A program made the translations under genes and the position numbers. Under the pieces are notes generated by a model. The model was not told the origin of the DNA, made no database searches, and worked only from the letters and a program-made list of their open reading frames with translations. This document shows, one piece after another, positions 8,569 to 18,760 of a stretch of DNA of 64,000 bases (positions within the stretch are counted from its first letter, which is position 1; every line of letters starts with the position of its first letter). Origin of the DNA: Candidatus Hydrogenedentota bacterium (GTDB taxonomy: Bacteria > Hydrogenedentota > Hydrogenedentia > Hydrogenedentales > JAJRTN01); assembly GCA_024278275.1 (NCBI GenBank), contig JAJRTN010000045.1, forward strand, positions 14,560-78,559. Reading direction: 5' to 3'.

Positions 8569-9627
8569 ATGTCTTACGATGACGGGTGGGCGGCGCTGAA
8601 CCTGGAGATGCCGGCGCGGGTGCCGCGCACGGAGTATTCCGCGGAAATGCACTGGCCCCTTATCCGGGCGGTGACGGGACGGGAAACCGATGCGTCCTCG
8701 TCGCCGGAAGAGCAACAGGCGGCCCGCGTGGCGTTCATGCGGGCCTGGCATTATGATTTCTGCTGGAATACATGTGTCTACCGCGATGCCTTCGACGGTT
8801 TTTTCACCCGGATGGGCCACGCCGAGTACCAGGCGGGCGGGGCGGATTTCAGCGAGGAGCGCGGCTCACCTTTCTCCACACCGGAGCAGGTACTGGCCTT
8901 CGACCCATGGGAGCAGTACGGAAAGCGCGACCACGCCACCCTGGTGCGCATGTTTCAGGATAACTACCAGGCGGCCTGCGCGAATTATCCCGACGCGGTC
9001 AACATGAGCGGCATTTACATCACCTGTATTTCGGGGCTGCTGGAGATTTTCGGGTGGGACAACCTGCTGATGGCCCTGGGCGCGGACCCGGCGGGATTCG
9101 GTGCGCTTACCAACCGCTACGCGTCGTGGATCCAACAGTATTTCGACGCCCTGGCCGACGCGCGTCTACCGGTGGTGATGGTCCATGACGACATCACCTG
9201 GACCTCGGGGCCGTTCTACCACCCGGATTGGTACCGGGAATACGTCTTTCCCAATTACCACAAGTTTTTCGATCCCCTGCGTGACGGGGGGAGCAGGATC
9301 CTTTTTACCAGCGACGGAAATTACACGGAATTCGTGGATGATATCGTGGCGGCGGGAGCCCATGGCCTGGTGCTGGAACCGGCGACGGACATGGCCTACA
9401 TTGCCGGGAAGTATGGCAAGACCCACGTGTTCATCGGCAATGGGGACACGCGGATTCTCTTGCAGGGGAGCCGCGCCGCCATCCGGGCGGAGGTGGCGCG
9501 GTGCATGGCCATTGGCAAGGAATGTCCCGGCTTTTTCATGGCCGTGGGGAATCATATTCCCGCCAACACGCCCGTCGAGAACGCCCTGTATTACAACGAG
9601 GTCTACGAGGAATTCAGCCGCCGTTGA
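8569..9627 (+). CDS. Uroporphyrinogen decarboxylase (URO-D) family protein (paralog 1)
   Basis: 352 aa. Overall similarity to the URO-D / MtaA-like methyltransferase fold, and clearly paralogous to ORF 26953-28023. RBS GAGGGGAGGAG precedes the ATG. Divergent from the epimerase gene across an AT-rich promoter region (8406-8568). Confidence 0.7.
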   Translation: MSYDDGWAALNLEMPARVPRTEYSAEMHWPLIRAVTGRETDASSSPEEQQAARVAFMRAWHYDFCWNTCVYRDAFDGFFTRMGHAEYQAGGADFSEERGSPFSTPEQVLAFDPWEQYGKRDHATLVRMFQDNYQAACANYPDAVNMSGIYITCISGLLEIFGWDNLLMALGADPAGFGALTNRYASWIQQYFDALADARLPVVMVHDDITWTSGPFYHPDWYREYVFPNYHKFFDPLRDGGSRILFTSDGNYTEFVDDIVAAGAHGLVLEPATDMAYIAGKYGKTHVFIGNGDTRILLQGSRAAIRAEVARCMAIGKECPGFFMAVGNHIPANTPVENALYYNEVYEEFSRR

Positions 9628-9696
9628 CCAATGCCCCATGGTATACTTTCGTGGAGGGCGTTCCCCTCCATGGCCCCGGTGGAATAGGGCGGTATA

Positions 9697-11202
9697 TTGA
9701 TCGAAAGTCACGAAAAGACCGGAGCGTGGCCGGGGCCGGACCGGCGTGTGCGGACGCGCGAGAAGACGAAACGTCGGGCCGTTTATTCCCGTCCCGGCGT
9801 GGCCGATGTTCTCGCCGACGGCATGGTGGTGGACATCAGCCCGAGCGGGCTTCAAATACGCACGGCCGTCCCGCTGGCCGAAGGGGATCCCATCGAAATA
9901 GAGGTGTACCCCCGAAGCGAATCGCCACGAAACAACATTATCCTGGTTCGCGGACGCGTTGTCCGCGTCTCCCCGGAGGGCGGTGAATACGCCATGGGCG
10001 TTCAACTCACCGGGCCGGCGGCCGGCGCCGGACCCGTTGCCGGCGCCGGCCCCGCGGCGCGCGTCGAGTTTTCCGCTCAAGCCCGCGCCATGATGGCCCG
10101 CCTGCCCGGACGAATCCAAAGCCGGGAACGGGGCGCGCCTTCCCTGCTGGCCTTCGCCGAGCACCAGGCCGGTGAGGCGGAAACGCCCGTGGTTTTCCGG
10201 AAAAGCCGTCCCATGCGCCGGCTTTGGCGGTCCCTGCTTCTGTTGCTCTTGTTGCTTTTGCTTGGAGGCGTGGGGTGGTGGCTTTCGCACGCCTTCCGAA
10301 CGCCGTCTCCGGCGCAAAGGGTGGCGTCCTACGGCCTCGCGACACGGAGCGCGGGCGAGACGCGAACCCTTTCCCCCGTGATCGAACCGGAGATACGCGA
10401 ACCGGTGGTGCGCCGTGCTCACGCGGATCGGCGTGGCGCGGCGCGGCTCGCCGCGGCGCAGGTCCTGCTCCTGGAGGGGGAGGTGGAATCGGCCCGCGCG
10501 GCTTTCCGGGACCTGGCGGAGGACGGGAATCACGATGCCCTTTCCCGTTTTGTTGCCCGTTTGGGCATGGCGTGGTCGTCCGTCATCCTGGGCAATACCG
10601 ACGATGCGGAGAAGGCCGTTGAAGCCGCCCTGGCGCGGGCCGCGACGGACCGGGGCGGCGCCATCCCGAAACCTTGGGCGGGCGTGGCGGAATCCATGGA
10701 GCGGGACCTTGAGCGGGGTGATCCGTCGTGGCCGGCGCTGGGGTTTCTCGTGGATGCCTTAGTGCTGGGTGAGATGCGCGCACCCGCCGATAATCCCGCC
10801 CCCGCGGATGAGGCGGGACGAATGCGTATCGAGGTGAGCACTTCCCAATACCTGCTTACCGTTCGGCGCGGGAACCTGGTGCTGGGCCGCTTTCCCGTGG
10901 GCCTTGGCAAGGACGGCGCCACGCCGGAAGGCCATTTTTCCCTGGTCAACAAGATTCGCGATCCCGCGTGGTACAACCGGGGCAACGTGGTGCCGCCGGG
11001 CGATCCAAAGAACCCCCTGGGCGCGTTTTGGATGGGCCTGGGTGACGACAAGGGCCCGACGCCCATCGGTATTCATCCCACCGGCGACTCGGCCTCCATT
11101 GGCGAAAACCAGAGCCGGGGTTGTATCCGAATGCGCCCCGAAGACGCGGAGCGCGTATTCCGCTGGTGTCCCTTGGGCACCCCCGTTCGGGTGGCGCCGT
11201 GA
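9697..11202 (+). CDS. PilZ domain / transmembrane / L,D-transpeptidase (YkuD) fusion protein
   Basis: N-terminus: RR…R then DISPSG (the PilZ RxxxR + DxSxxG c-di-GMP-binding signature) and a beta-barrel-like segment. Middle: poly-Leu TM helix LLLLLLLLLLGGVGWWL. C-terminus: GIHPTGDSASIGENQSRGCIRMRPEDAERVF, the L,D-transpeptidase catalytic H…S.GC(I/V)R motif. Confidence 0.75.
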   Translation: MIESHEKTGAWPGPDRRVRTREKTKRRAVYSRPGVADVLADGMVVDISPSGLQIRTAVPLAEGDPIEIEVYPRSESPRNNIILVRGRVVRVSPEGGEYAMGVQLTGPAAGAGPVAGAGPAARVEFSAQARAMMARLPGRIQSRERGAPSLLAFAEHQAGEAETPVVFRKSRPMRRLWRSLLLLLLLLLLGGVGWWLSHAFRTPSPAQRVASYGLATRSAGETRTLSPVIEPEIREPVVRRAHADRRGAARLAAAQVLLLEGEVESARAAFRDLAEDGNHDALSRFVARLGMAWSSVILGNTDDAEKAVEAALARAATDRGGAIPKPWAGVAESMERDLERGDPSWPALGFLVDALVLGEMRAPADNPAPADEAGRMRIEVSTSQYLLTVRRGNLVLGRFPVGLGKDGATPEGHFSLVNKIRDPAWYNRGNVVPPGDPKNPLGAFWMGLGDDKGPTPIGIHPTGDSASIGENQSRGCIRMRPEDAERVFRWCPLGTPVRVAP

Positions 11203-11337
11203 GGGCGGGGACTTAGTGGACCAAAGGAGTGCCGCCAGGGTGTTGGTCCGAGCCGACAGGAGGCATGCCCCGTCCACGGTGCCCACGAGGTCCGCCGGGG
11301 GTTGTACCCATGAATCTTGCCGTGTAGCATTAAGGCC

Positions 11338-12855
11338 ATGAACAAACTGCTGGAACGTATCCGGGAATCTTTTGGCCGGGGACGGCGCTTTGTCAAGCAT
11401 GATGCGTGGCGGATTGGCCTTCCCGGAGAAGACCTGCCTCACGGGTTCATCGCCAAGCAGGTGCGGGTGGCCTTTCTGTTGCTGCGCGGGCTGGGCGAGG
11501 AAACCGTGCTTCTCCGGGCCTCGGCGCTGACCTTCGCCACCATGCTTTTTATTGTGCCTTTCCTCACCTTCATGTTTTTCATCATCCAGACCTTCAACCT
11601 GGGCGACGAGGTATACCGTTCCCTTTCGGAAAAACTGGACACGAAGATCACCCATGTGGCTTCGGCGCTGCGGGGAATGCCTGAAGAGGAGGTGGTTGCG
11701 GAAACCCCCGAGACAAAACCGGATCATGAGACGGAGACGGACGCGTTGCGTCAGCAATTGATCGAACTGGTCTTTCCTCGCGCCATTTTCTCGGAGGATG
11801 GCGGTTTGGCCGACGGCACGAATCGTCAGGATCCGGTGCAGGAACTGGTCAACCTGGCGACCAGGGGGGCGAAAAGTCCCAAGACCATCGGGATCAGCGG
11901 GCTGCTGTTCATCCTCAGCACCGTTTTCGGTTTCATGCGCAACGTGGAGGTGGCCTTCAACAAGATCTGGGGGGTGCGCCGGACACGAAGCCCTTTCCGC
12001 GCCATCAGCGACTACATGATGGTGACCTTGGTGCTGCCCTTTGCCGCGGCGGGCGTGCTGGCGATTACGGCCGCCATGCAGAGCGACACCGTGGCCAATG
12101 CGCTTGGTCCGCTCGCCGTGGGGCTCCGGGGCGGACAGTTCGGCGTACTCTGGTTCATCTTCACCATTCTCTACTTTTTTGTCCCCAACACCCGCGTACG
12201 CCTTCGCTACGCGGTACTGGGTGGTTTCGTGGGCGCCCTGTTACTCACGCTGAGTTCGTCGGCCTTTGTGAAGTTCCAATTCGGTCTCAGTCGCTACGAC
12301 CTTTTCTTCTCCAGTTTCGCCCTGTTTCCGTTGCTCGTCATGTGGATCTTTGTGAGCTGGCTTATCCTGCTCTTTGGCGCGCTCGTGACCTTTGCCTACC
12401 AGAACGAAAAAACCTTTGCCATGGAACGCTGGGCCGAAGGCGCGAGCTATGCCTACCGCGAGGCCCTGGGGCTTCGCGCGGTGGTGGACATGGCGCGCCG
12501 CTTCAAGGAAGGACAGGATCCGCTTGGCGTTGAGGAGGCCGCCGCCGCCTGGAACGTGCCCACCCGCCTGCTCCACGAGACTATGACCTGCCTGGTAAAC
12601 GCCAAACTCGCAATGCCCTGCGCCACCGAACCGGTTACCTACCAGCCCGGCCGTTCGCCCGACGCCACCCGCATCCGCGACGTGGTGCGCGCCATCCGGG
12701 AATCGGGGCAGGATCCCTCGCTCCTGCGCGCGGAAGGGGCCTTTCGTCCGCTCTATGAAGGGGTGCAGCAGGGCGATGCCGCCTGCCTGGACGCCACCAT
12801 CGCCGACATGCTGGAGCGCACCTTCGCCGCCGCCACCGTAGAGACCGACGAGTGA
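11338..12855 (+). CDS. YihY/BrkB (virulence factor BrkB / RNase BN-like) family inner membrane protein
   Basis: …RASALTFATMLFIVPFLTFMF… and multiple TM segments are typical of the YihY family. Start chosen at MNKLLERIR (11338). Confidence 0.8.
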   Translation: MNKLLERIRESFGRGRRFVKHDAWRIGLPGEDLPHGFIAKQVRVAFLLLRGLGEETVLLRASALTFATMLFIVPFLTFMFFIIQTFNLGDEVYRSLSEKLDTKITHVASALRGMPEEEVVAETPETKPDHETETDALRQQLIELVFPRAIFSEDGGLADGTNRQDPVQELVNLATRGAKSPKTIGISGLLFILSTVFGFMRNVEVAFNKIWGVRRTRSPFRAISDYMMVTLVLPFAAAGVLAITAAMQSDTVANALGPLAVGLRGGQFGVLWFIFTILYFFVPNTRVRLRYAVLGGFVGALLLTLSSSAFVKFQFGLSRYDLFFSSFALFPLLVMWIFVSWLILLFGALVTFAYQNEKTFAMERWAEGASYAYREALGLRAVVDMARRFKEGQDPLGVEEAAAAWNVPTRLLHETMTCLVNAKLAMPCATEPVTYQPGRSPDATRIRDVVRAIRESGQDPSLLRAEGAFRPLYEGVQQGDAACLDATIADMLERTFAAATVETDE

Positions 12856-12884
12856 GCCGCCGCCGCGTTGTCTCGCAGGTTTCG

Positions 12885-12938
12885 CCTCCACCCACGCTCA
12901 TTCCCATGGCCCTCCATGGGAACGAGCGTGGGTGGAGG
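12885..12938. repeat. 25-bp near-perfect inverted repeat (1 mismatch) with 4-nt spacer, immediately 3' of YihY gene
   Basis: cctccacccacgctcattcccatgg-ccct-ccatgggaacgagcgtgggtggagg. No U-tract follows. Confidence 0.6.
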
Positions 12939-13053
12939 AACTGGGCGTGCCCAGGGTGTGCGTTGATTACCTTTGCACCTGGCGTGCTTGCTATCCTGTG
13001 ACGCATGGGATCGGGATGGTCCGGCGGCTCAAACCAACCATACGGGAAACACC

Positions 13054-13779
13054 ATGCAATTAAAGAACAAGAAGGCTCTCGTCACCGGGGCGGGGCGGGG
13101 GATTGGACGGGCCATTGCTTTGGCCCTGGCGGAGGCGGGGTGCGACGTGGCGGTGGCGGCGCGGACCGCCGCCGAGGTGGATGACACGGCGGTCGGGGCG
13201 CGGGCTTTGGGCCGGACGGCCTTCGCGTATACCTGCGACGTGGGGGATACGAAGGCGGTGGACACCATGGTGAAGGCGGCCCTGCGGGACCTGGGCCAGG
13301 TGGATATCCTGGTAAACAACGCGGGCTACACGGTGTTCAAGCCCTTTCACGAAATCACGCTGGAAGACTGGCGTCGAACGCTGGACGTAAACCTGACGAG
13401 CATGTTTGTCGCGATTCAGGCGGTGCTGCCGGGCATGAAAGCGCGGCGGTCCGGCCGGATTATCAATGTGTCCAGCGTAACGGGGATCAAGCCCATCGAA
13501 AACCAGGGCGCCTATTGCGCAGCGAAACACGGTGTAAACGGCCTGACCAAATCCCTGGCGCTGGAACTCCGCGATTATGGTATCGGCGTTCATGCCATTT
13601 GCCCCGGTGGCGTGCGTACGCGGCTGACCGAGGAGTCCATGCCGGACCGGGACAAGTCGAATTGGATGACACCGGAAGACATTGCCCACACGGCACTCTA
13701 CCTTGCCACGCTGAGCCCCCGCGCCGCCGTGGACATCCTCACGGTGCGTCGTTTTGGCAGTGTTCCACTGAACGTTTGA
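13054..13779 (+). CDS. SDR-family oxidoreductase (3-oxoacyl-ACP reductase-like)
   Basis: ALVTGAGRGIGRAIALALAEAG (TGxxxGxG), NNAG, and YCAAKHGVNGLTKSLALE (YxxxK). Confidence 0.85.
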   Translation: MQLKNKKALVTGAGRGIGRAIALALAEAGCDVAVAARTAAEVDDTAVGARALGRTAFAYTCDVGDTKAVDTMVKAALRDLGQVDILVNNAGYTVFKPFHEITLEDWRRTLDVNLTSMFVAIQAVLPGMKARRSGRIINVSSVTGIKPIENQGAYCAAKHGVNGLTKSLALELRDYGIGVHAICPGGVRTRLTEESMPDRDKSNWMTPEDIAHTALYLATLSPRAAVDILTVRRFGSVPLNV

Positions 13780-13789
13780 CGGAAAGCCC

Positions 13790-15958
13790 ATGACGGAACC
13801 CCTGCCACAGCAGACCGACGTTGTCCCCATCGTCACGATTGAGGGGGTGGTGGATCGTATAGTCTATGAGAACCCGGACAATGGTTTCTTCGTGGCGCGG
13901 CTGCAAGAGCGGGGCAAGTCGGACCTTACCACCTTCGTGGGCAATCTCATGGCGGTTTCGCCGGGGGAAACGGTGCGGGTTCGCGGGCGTTGGGTGGAGG
14001 ACAAGCGTTTCGGGCGGCAGTTGCGGGTCGAGTCCTACGAGACGATCCTGCCGGGCACGGTGGAGGGCATCGAGAAGTACCTGGGCAGCGGTCTCATCGA
14101 GGGCATCGGTCCGACCTACGCGAAGCGCCTGGTGGAAACTTTCGGCGCGGAGACCCTGCGCGTTATCGACGAACACCCCGCCAGGCTCCGCCAGGTGCCG
14201 GGCATCGGCGCGAAACGGGCCGCCCAGATTCGCGAGGCCTGGTCGAGGCAGAAGGCCATCCAGTCCATCATGATCTTTCTCCAGGGCCACGGCATCACCG
14301 CGTCACAGGCGGTGAAGATCTACAAGGCCTACGGCGACGGCGCGGTGGCCGTGTTGCGGAAGAATCCCTACCAGTTGGCCCGGGACATTACGGGCATCGC
14401 CTTCCAGGGGGCGGACAAGATCGCCCGTGAACTGGGCATCGACCGGGATGCCCCGGCGCGCATCGAGGCGGGTTTGCTTTATGTTCTCGGGCAAAGCGTC
14501 GGAGAGGGGCATGTCTATCTTTCGGATGAGGAACTGATGGAATCGGCCACGGAATTGCTGGGTGTGTCACCGGAGGCCGTGCGCCAGTCCCTCGTGCAAC
14601 TCATCGGCAAGGAGCAGGTTATCCGCGAAGGCGACGCCCTTTTCCTGCCCACGCTGCACGCCTCCGAGCGGGGCGTGTCGGAGTTGCTCAAGCGCATTCT
14701 CGGAACGCCCCACGACCCCATCCCCATCACGAGCATGGAGAACGCCCTGCGTTGGGCGGAGAAACGCTACAACATCGAGTTGTCTCCCGAACAGGGCGAG
14801 GCCATTCGCCGCGCGGTGGAAGCGAAGGTCATGGTCATCACCGGCGGCCCCGGCACGGGCAAAACGACCGTCATCAACAGCCTTCTCGCCATTCTCGAAA
14901 AAAAGAACGTGTCCTTCCTTCTTGCCGCGCCCACGGGCCGCGCGGCGAAACGGATGGAGGCTGCCACGGGCCACGACGCCCGCACCATTCACCGCCTGCT
15001 GGAGTACAGTCCGCAGAAAAAAGGCTTCACCCGCGACGAGAACAACCCCATCGTGACCGATATGCTGGTGGTGGACGAAGCCTCCATGATCGACTCGCTC
15101 CTCATGCACAGCCTACTCCGGGCGCTGCCGCCTTTTGCCCGTCTCGTGCTCGTGGGTGATGTGGACCAACTGCCCGCGGTCGGCGCGGGCAACGTGCTGC
15201 TCGATATCATTGCCAGCGGCGTCGTGCCGGTGGTCCGTCTCAAGACTGTCTTCCGCCAGGCCGCGCAAAGCGGCATCATCACCAACGCCCACCTCATCAA
15301 CCAGGGCAAGTACCCCGCCTTCAACGGGTCGGATTTCTTCCTCATCGAGCGCAACGATCCCGCGCGGGCCGTGGAGACCATTCGCGAGCTGGTGGTGTCG
15401 CGCATGCCCGCCAGGTTCGGCCTCGATCCCGTCCGCGAGATCCAGGTGCTTTCGCCCATGCGCCGCGGCGAGGCGGGGGTGAACCGGTTGAACGAAGTCT
15501 TGCAGGAATCGCTCAACCCCCACGGCACACCCGTGCCGCGCCGGGCCTTCCGCAAGGGCGACAAGGTGATGCAGCTTCGCAATAACTACGAGTTGGACGT
15601 GTACAACGGTGACGTGGGGATTATCACGCTATTGGAGGAAGAGGCGCGGGAGGTGGAGGTCACCTTCGACGATCAGCGCGTGGTGCTTTACGGCTTCGAC
15701 GATCTCGACGATCTCGGCCTCGCCTACGCCGCCACGGTCCACAAGAGCCAGGGCAGCGAATACCCCGCCGTGGTCATCCCCTTCCTGCCCCAGCACTACA
15801 TGATGCTCCAGCGCAATCTCTTCTACACCGCCATCACCCGCGGCAAGAAACTCGTTATCATCGTGGGCAACAGCAAGGCCGTGGGCATGGCCGTCCGCAA
15901 CACCAGCGTGGTTTCCCGGAACACCAGGCTGGTGGAGCGTCTGCGGAATACGCTGTGA
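13790..15958 (+). CDS. recD2: RecD-like ATP-dependent DNA helicase (RecD2 / SF1B)
   Basis: 722 aa. N-terminal OB/HhH region, Walker A VITGGPGTGKTT, …LVLVGDVDQLPAVGAGN…, and a C-terminal …ATVHKSQGSEYPAVVIP… match RecD2. Confidence 0.85.
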   Translation: MTEPLPQQTDVVPIVTIEGVVDRIVYENPDNGFFVARLQERGKSDLTTFVGNLMAVSPGETVRVRGRWVEDKRFGRQLRVESYETILPGTVEGIEKYLGSGLIEGIGPTYAKRLVETFGAETLRVIDEHPARLRQVPGIGAKRAAQIREAWSRQKAIQSIMIFLQGHGITASQAVKIYKAYGDGAVAVLRKNPYQLARDITGIAFQGADKIARELGIDRDAPARIEAGLLYVLGQSVGEGHVYLSDEELMESATELLGVSPEAVRQSLVQLIGKEQVIREGDALFLPTLHASERGVSELLKRILGTPHDPIPITSMENALRWAEKRYNIELSPEQGEAIRRAVEAKVMVITGGPGTGKTTVINSLLAILEKKNVSFLLAAPTGRAAKRMEAATGHDARTIHRLLEYSPQKKGFTRDENNPIVTDMLVVDEASMIDSLLMHSLLRALPPFARLVLVGDVDQLPAVGAGNVLLDIIASGVVPVVRLKTVFRQAAQSGIITNAHLINQGKYPAFNGSDFFLIERNDPARAVETIRELVVSRMPARFGLDPVREIQVLSPMRRGEAGVNRLNEVLQESLNPHGTPVPRRAFRKGDKVMQLRNNYELDVYNGDVGIITLLEEEAREVEVTFDDQRVVLYGFDDLDDLGLAYAATVHKSQGSEYPAVVIPFLPQHYMMLQRNLFYTAITRGKKLVIIVGNSKAVGMAVRNTSVVSRNTRLVERLRNTL

Positions 15959-16090
15959 ACGCCTGCCATCGCTTTTCCGTCACCGTTCATGCCCCCCAGA
16001 CCGTCTGCCGCGTTCAAAACGGCTGGAAGCCGCCTCTACATCGGGCACGCATCTCGTGAACGGTTACTGCCCTTCCAGGGGGTCAAAGGG

Positions 16091-17596
16091 TTATGCCCCG
16101 GCTTCATCCGCCGGCTTTTCGTTGCCACCCGTCAGTTCCTCCGCCTGGAGGGCGCGGGTGGTGGTGTCGAGGCCTTCGACCGTTCCGATTTCTTCCCCCG
16201 TGGCGGCACCCAGGTCGTTGAAACGGCGGGCCGTCACCAACACGCGCGTTTCCAGTGTTCCCACGGCCTTGTTGTAGGCGCTCGTGGCACGGTCGAGGCC
16301 CTTGCGAACGTTCTCAAAGTGACCCGCCAGCACGCGGATGCGGTCGTAGAGGTCACGGCCCAGCTTGCTGATGACCTCGGCGTTTTCCGCGAGTTCCTCC
16401 TGCTTCCAGCCATAGGCCACGGCCTTCAGCAAGGCGATGAGCGTGGTCGGCGTGGCCAATATGACTTTCTGGTTCACCCCCCCCTCGATCAGGCTCGGAT
16501 CCTGCTCCAGGGCCGCGCTGAAGAACATCTCGCCAGGCAGGAAAAGCACGACGAACTCGGGGGTCTGGTCGAACTGATCCCAATAGGCCTTGGCGCTCAG
16601 TTGCCCGATGTGCTCCCGCACATGCCGCGCGTGTCGCTTCAACTGGTTAAGCCGTTCCGTTTCGTCCGTGGCGTTGAGGGCGTCAATATAGCCTGCCAGG
16701 GGCGTCTTTGAATCCACCACGATGTTCTTGTTGTTCGGCAGCGTGATCACCATGTCCGGCCGCAGTCGTCCATCCTCGGTATTCACGCTTTCCTGCTGGA
16801 CGAAATCGCAATGGGCCACCATGCCGGCCATTTCAACGACGCGCTGCAACTGGATCTCGCCCCACCGCCCGCGCACCACGGGCGAACGCAATGCGGTCAC
16901 CAGGTGCGACGTTTCCGCCTGCAACTGGTTTTGGGTCGTGGCCAGGCTTTTCACCTGCTCCGTGAGGGTGGCGTAAGCGTTGGTGCGTTCCCTTTCCACC
17001 TCGCCGATCCGGGCGTTCACTTTCTCCAGGGATTCCTGCAAGGGTTTCACCAGGGCATCGATGGCCTTCTTCCGTGTTTCCAGGTCGCCTTTGGCCCCCT
17101 CCTGAAAGTGCTTCAGGTTTTCCTGCGCCAGTTCGAGAAACGATTGGTTGTTCTTTTGCAGCGCTTCCGCCGAAAGAGACTTGAAGGCATCGGAGAGGCG
17201 CGTTTGTGCTTCGTCCAGGAGGGACAACTGCTTTGCGGCCTGTGTTCGCTCCGCTTCGAGACGGGTTTCCAGTTCCGACACCCGCGCCTGTAACCGGGAG
17301 GCTTCTTCCCGCCGTTCCGCCAGTTCGGCCTCCATTTTCGGAATGGGGGCGTTACGTTCTTCCGCCGCCGCCCGAAGCGCCCCTTCCTGCTGCAACGCCT
17401 CGCGCAACCGGACGACTTCCGCCTCCGCCGCGGTCAACCGTGTTTCCAATGCTTCCGAGCGGGCCTCCGCGGCGCGCATCCGCTCCGCCGCCGTGACCAA
17501 GGCGGTGCCGCCCCGCGACCGCGCCACGATCCATGCCGCGCCACCGCCCACCATCAGCCCTGTCACAACGCCGAGAAACATCCATGTCCCATCCAT
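16091..17596 (-). CDS. rmuC: DNA recombination protein RmuC
   Basis: N-terminal TM, a long coiled coil, then the conserved RmuC nuclease-like C-terminal region (…[15 protein letters not shown]…[24 protein letters not shown]…). Start is probably M18 (MDGTWMFLG…). The ORF-track start at 17647 is upstream. Confidence 0.85.
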   Translation of the reverse strand: MDGTWMFLGVVTGLMVGGGAAWIVARSRGGTALVTAAERMRAAEARSEALETRLTAAEAEVVRLREALQQEGALRAAAEERNAPIPKMEAELAERREEASRLQARVSELETRLEAERTQAAKQLSLLDEAQTRLSDAFKSLSAEALQKNNQSFLELAQENLKHFQEGAKGDLETRKKAIDALVKPLQESLEKVNARIGEVERERTNAYATLTEQVKSLATTQNQLQAETSHLVTALRSPVVRGRWGEIQLQRVVEMAGMVAHCDFVQQESVNTEDGRLRPDMVITLPNNKNIVVDSKTPLAGYIDALNATDETERLNQLKRHARHVREHIGQLSAKAYWDQFDQTPEFVVLFLPGEMFFSAALEQDPSLIEGGVNQKVILATPTTLIALLKAVAYGWKQEELAENAEVISKLGRDLYDRIRVLAGHFENVRKGLDRATSAYNKAVGTLETRVLVTARRFNDLGAATGEEIGTVEGLDTTTRALQAEELTGGNEKPADEAGA

Positions 17597-17750
17597 GTCC
17601 AACGTTCTCCGTGGTAAAAGCAGAAACCGCCCCGCTCCATCTTCCATGTCGTGGGGGGCTTAGTCAAGCCTCCCAATCCGGGCTTGCACCCATGCCATCC
17701 CGCCGGGATAATACGGTCCCTGAGGAAAAACCGGAAAGAAGGAAAGGGTA

Positions 17751-18482
17751 ATGCGGCGGGAATGGACGGGCCGGCTGGCGGCGAATGGCGAGGATGCGCC
17801 TTATGCGTGCCCCGTGTGTGGCGCCTCCATTCGCCGATGGGCGCGGTTCCGGCCCGGTCCGCGTGTGTTGCGGCTGTTCGGCGGCGGACCAAGGCGCTTG
17901 TGCCCGGCCTGCGGTTCCTATGAACGCACGCGCCACATGGTGATCTGGCTCCGGCAACAGGGGCTCCTTGAAGGGCGTCCCCGTTTCCTCCATTGCGCCC
18001 CAGAATATGGGCTCAAACAATATCTCCGTCAAACCCTCGGCGACGGTTATATCACCACCGATGTCGCCATGCGTGGCGTGGACGTGCATACGGATCTCAC
18101 GGCGATGCTTTTCCCCGACGCCTCCTTCGATATCGTCTATTGCAGCAACGTGCTCGAACATATCGGGGAAGATCGCCGGGCCATGGCCGAGATCTTCCGT
18201 GTTCTCGTTCCCGGCGGACACGCCATCATCCAGGTGCCCATTCGCGGGGACGTGACCCACGAAGACCCGGCCATAACCACGCCCAAGGCGCGCGCGGAAC
18301 ATTTCGGCCAGTCGGATCACGTCCGCTACTATGGCCGCGATATCATCGGCCGCCTGGAGAAGGCCGGTTTTCACGTCGAGGAGCTGCACATGCCCGACTG
18401 CCTTCGGTTGGACCGGGCAACCATCGCCCGCTACCATATGGCCAAGCGGGAGATCGTGCATTGGTGCGCCAAGCCGGCATGA
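17751..18482 (+). CDS. Class I SAM-dependent methyltransferase with N-terminal Cys4 zinc-ribbon-like motif
   Basis: CPVCG…CPACG N-terminal, then a Methyltransf_11-like core (…DIVYCSNVLEHIGEDRRAMAEIFRVLVPGGHAIIQVP…). Confidence 0.7.
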   Translation: MRREWTGRLAANGEDAPYACPVCGASIRRWARFRPGPRVLRLFGGGPRRLCPACGSYERTRHMVIWLRQQGLLEGRPRFLHCAPEYGLKQYLRQTLGDGYITTDVAMRGVDVHTDLTAMLFPDASFDIVYCSNVLEHIGEDRRAMAEIFRVLVPGGHAIIQVPIRGDVTHEDPAITTPKARAEHFGQSDHVRYYGRDIIGRLEKAGFHVEELHMPDCLRLDRATIARYHMAKREIVHWCAKPA

Positions 18483-18740
18483 ATCGCCAACCCATGCGCA
18501 CGCCTATCTCGGGCTATCGCAAGGACATGTCTTGTTCGGCGAACTCGACGCGTATCTACAGCTCTTGTCGCATAAACCTGGGCCTGTAAGTGGAGGTCAA
18601 GTGACGAATTGGTCTGTCGTTATTGGTTGAAATGATTCCCGGAGCCCGGCGCGAAGGGTTGGCTGGAATGCGCTTGTGGTGCGGTTCTCTTTTGCCGAGT
18701 GCATGACGCGCAAGGCGAGGCCCCCGGCACCCCGACCGTC

Positions 18741-18760
18741 ATTCCCGCGAACGCGGGAAT
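18741..18760. repeat. Perfect 9-2-9 palindrome ATTCCCGCG-AA-CGCGGGAAT in long convergent intergenic region
   Basis: Read directly from the sequence. A related motif (CCCGCG-TG-CGCGGGAAT) recurs at 30502-30518. Confidence 0.6.

Noticed and set aside
9166-10533. 455-aa minus-strand ORF opposite URO-D and PilZ-LDT genes
   Set aside because: Low-complexity Arg/Pro/Gly-rich. Overlaps two well-supported plus-strand genes.
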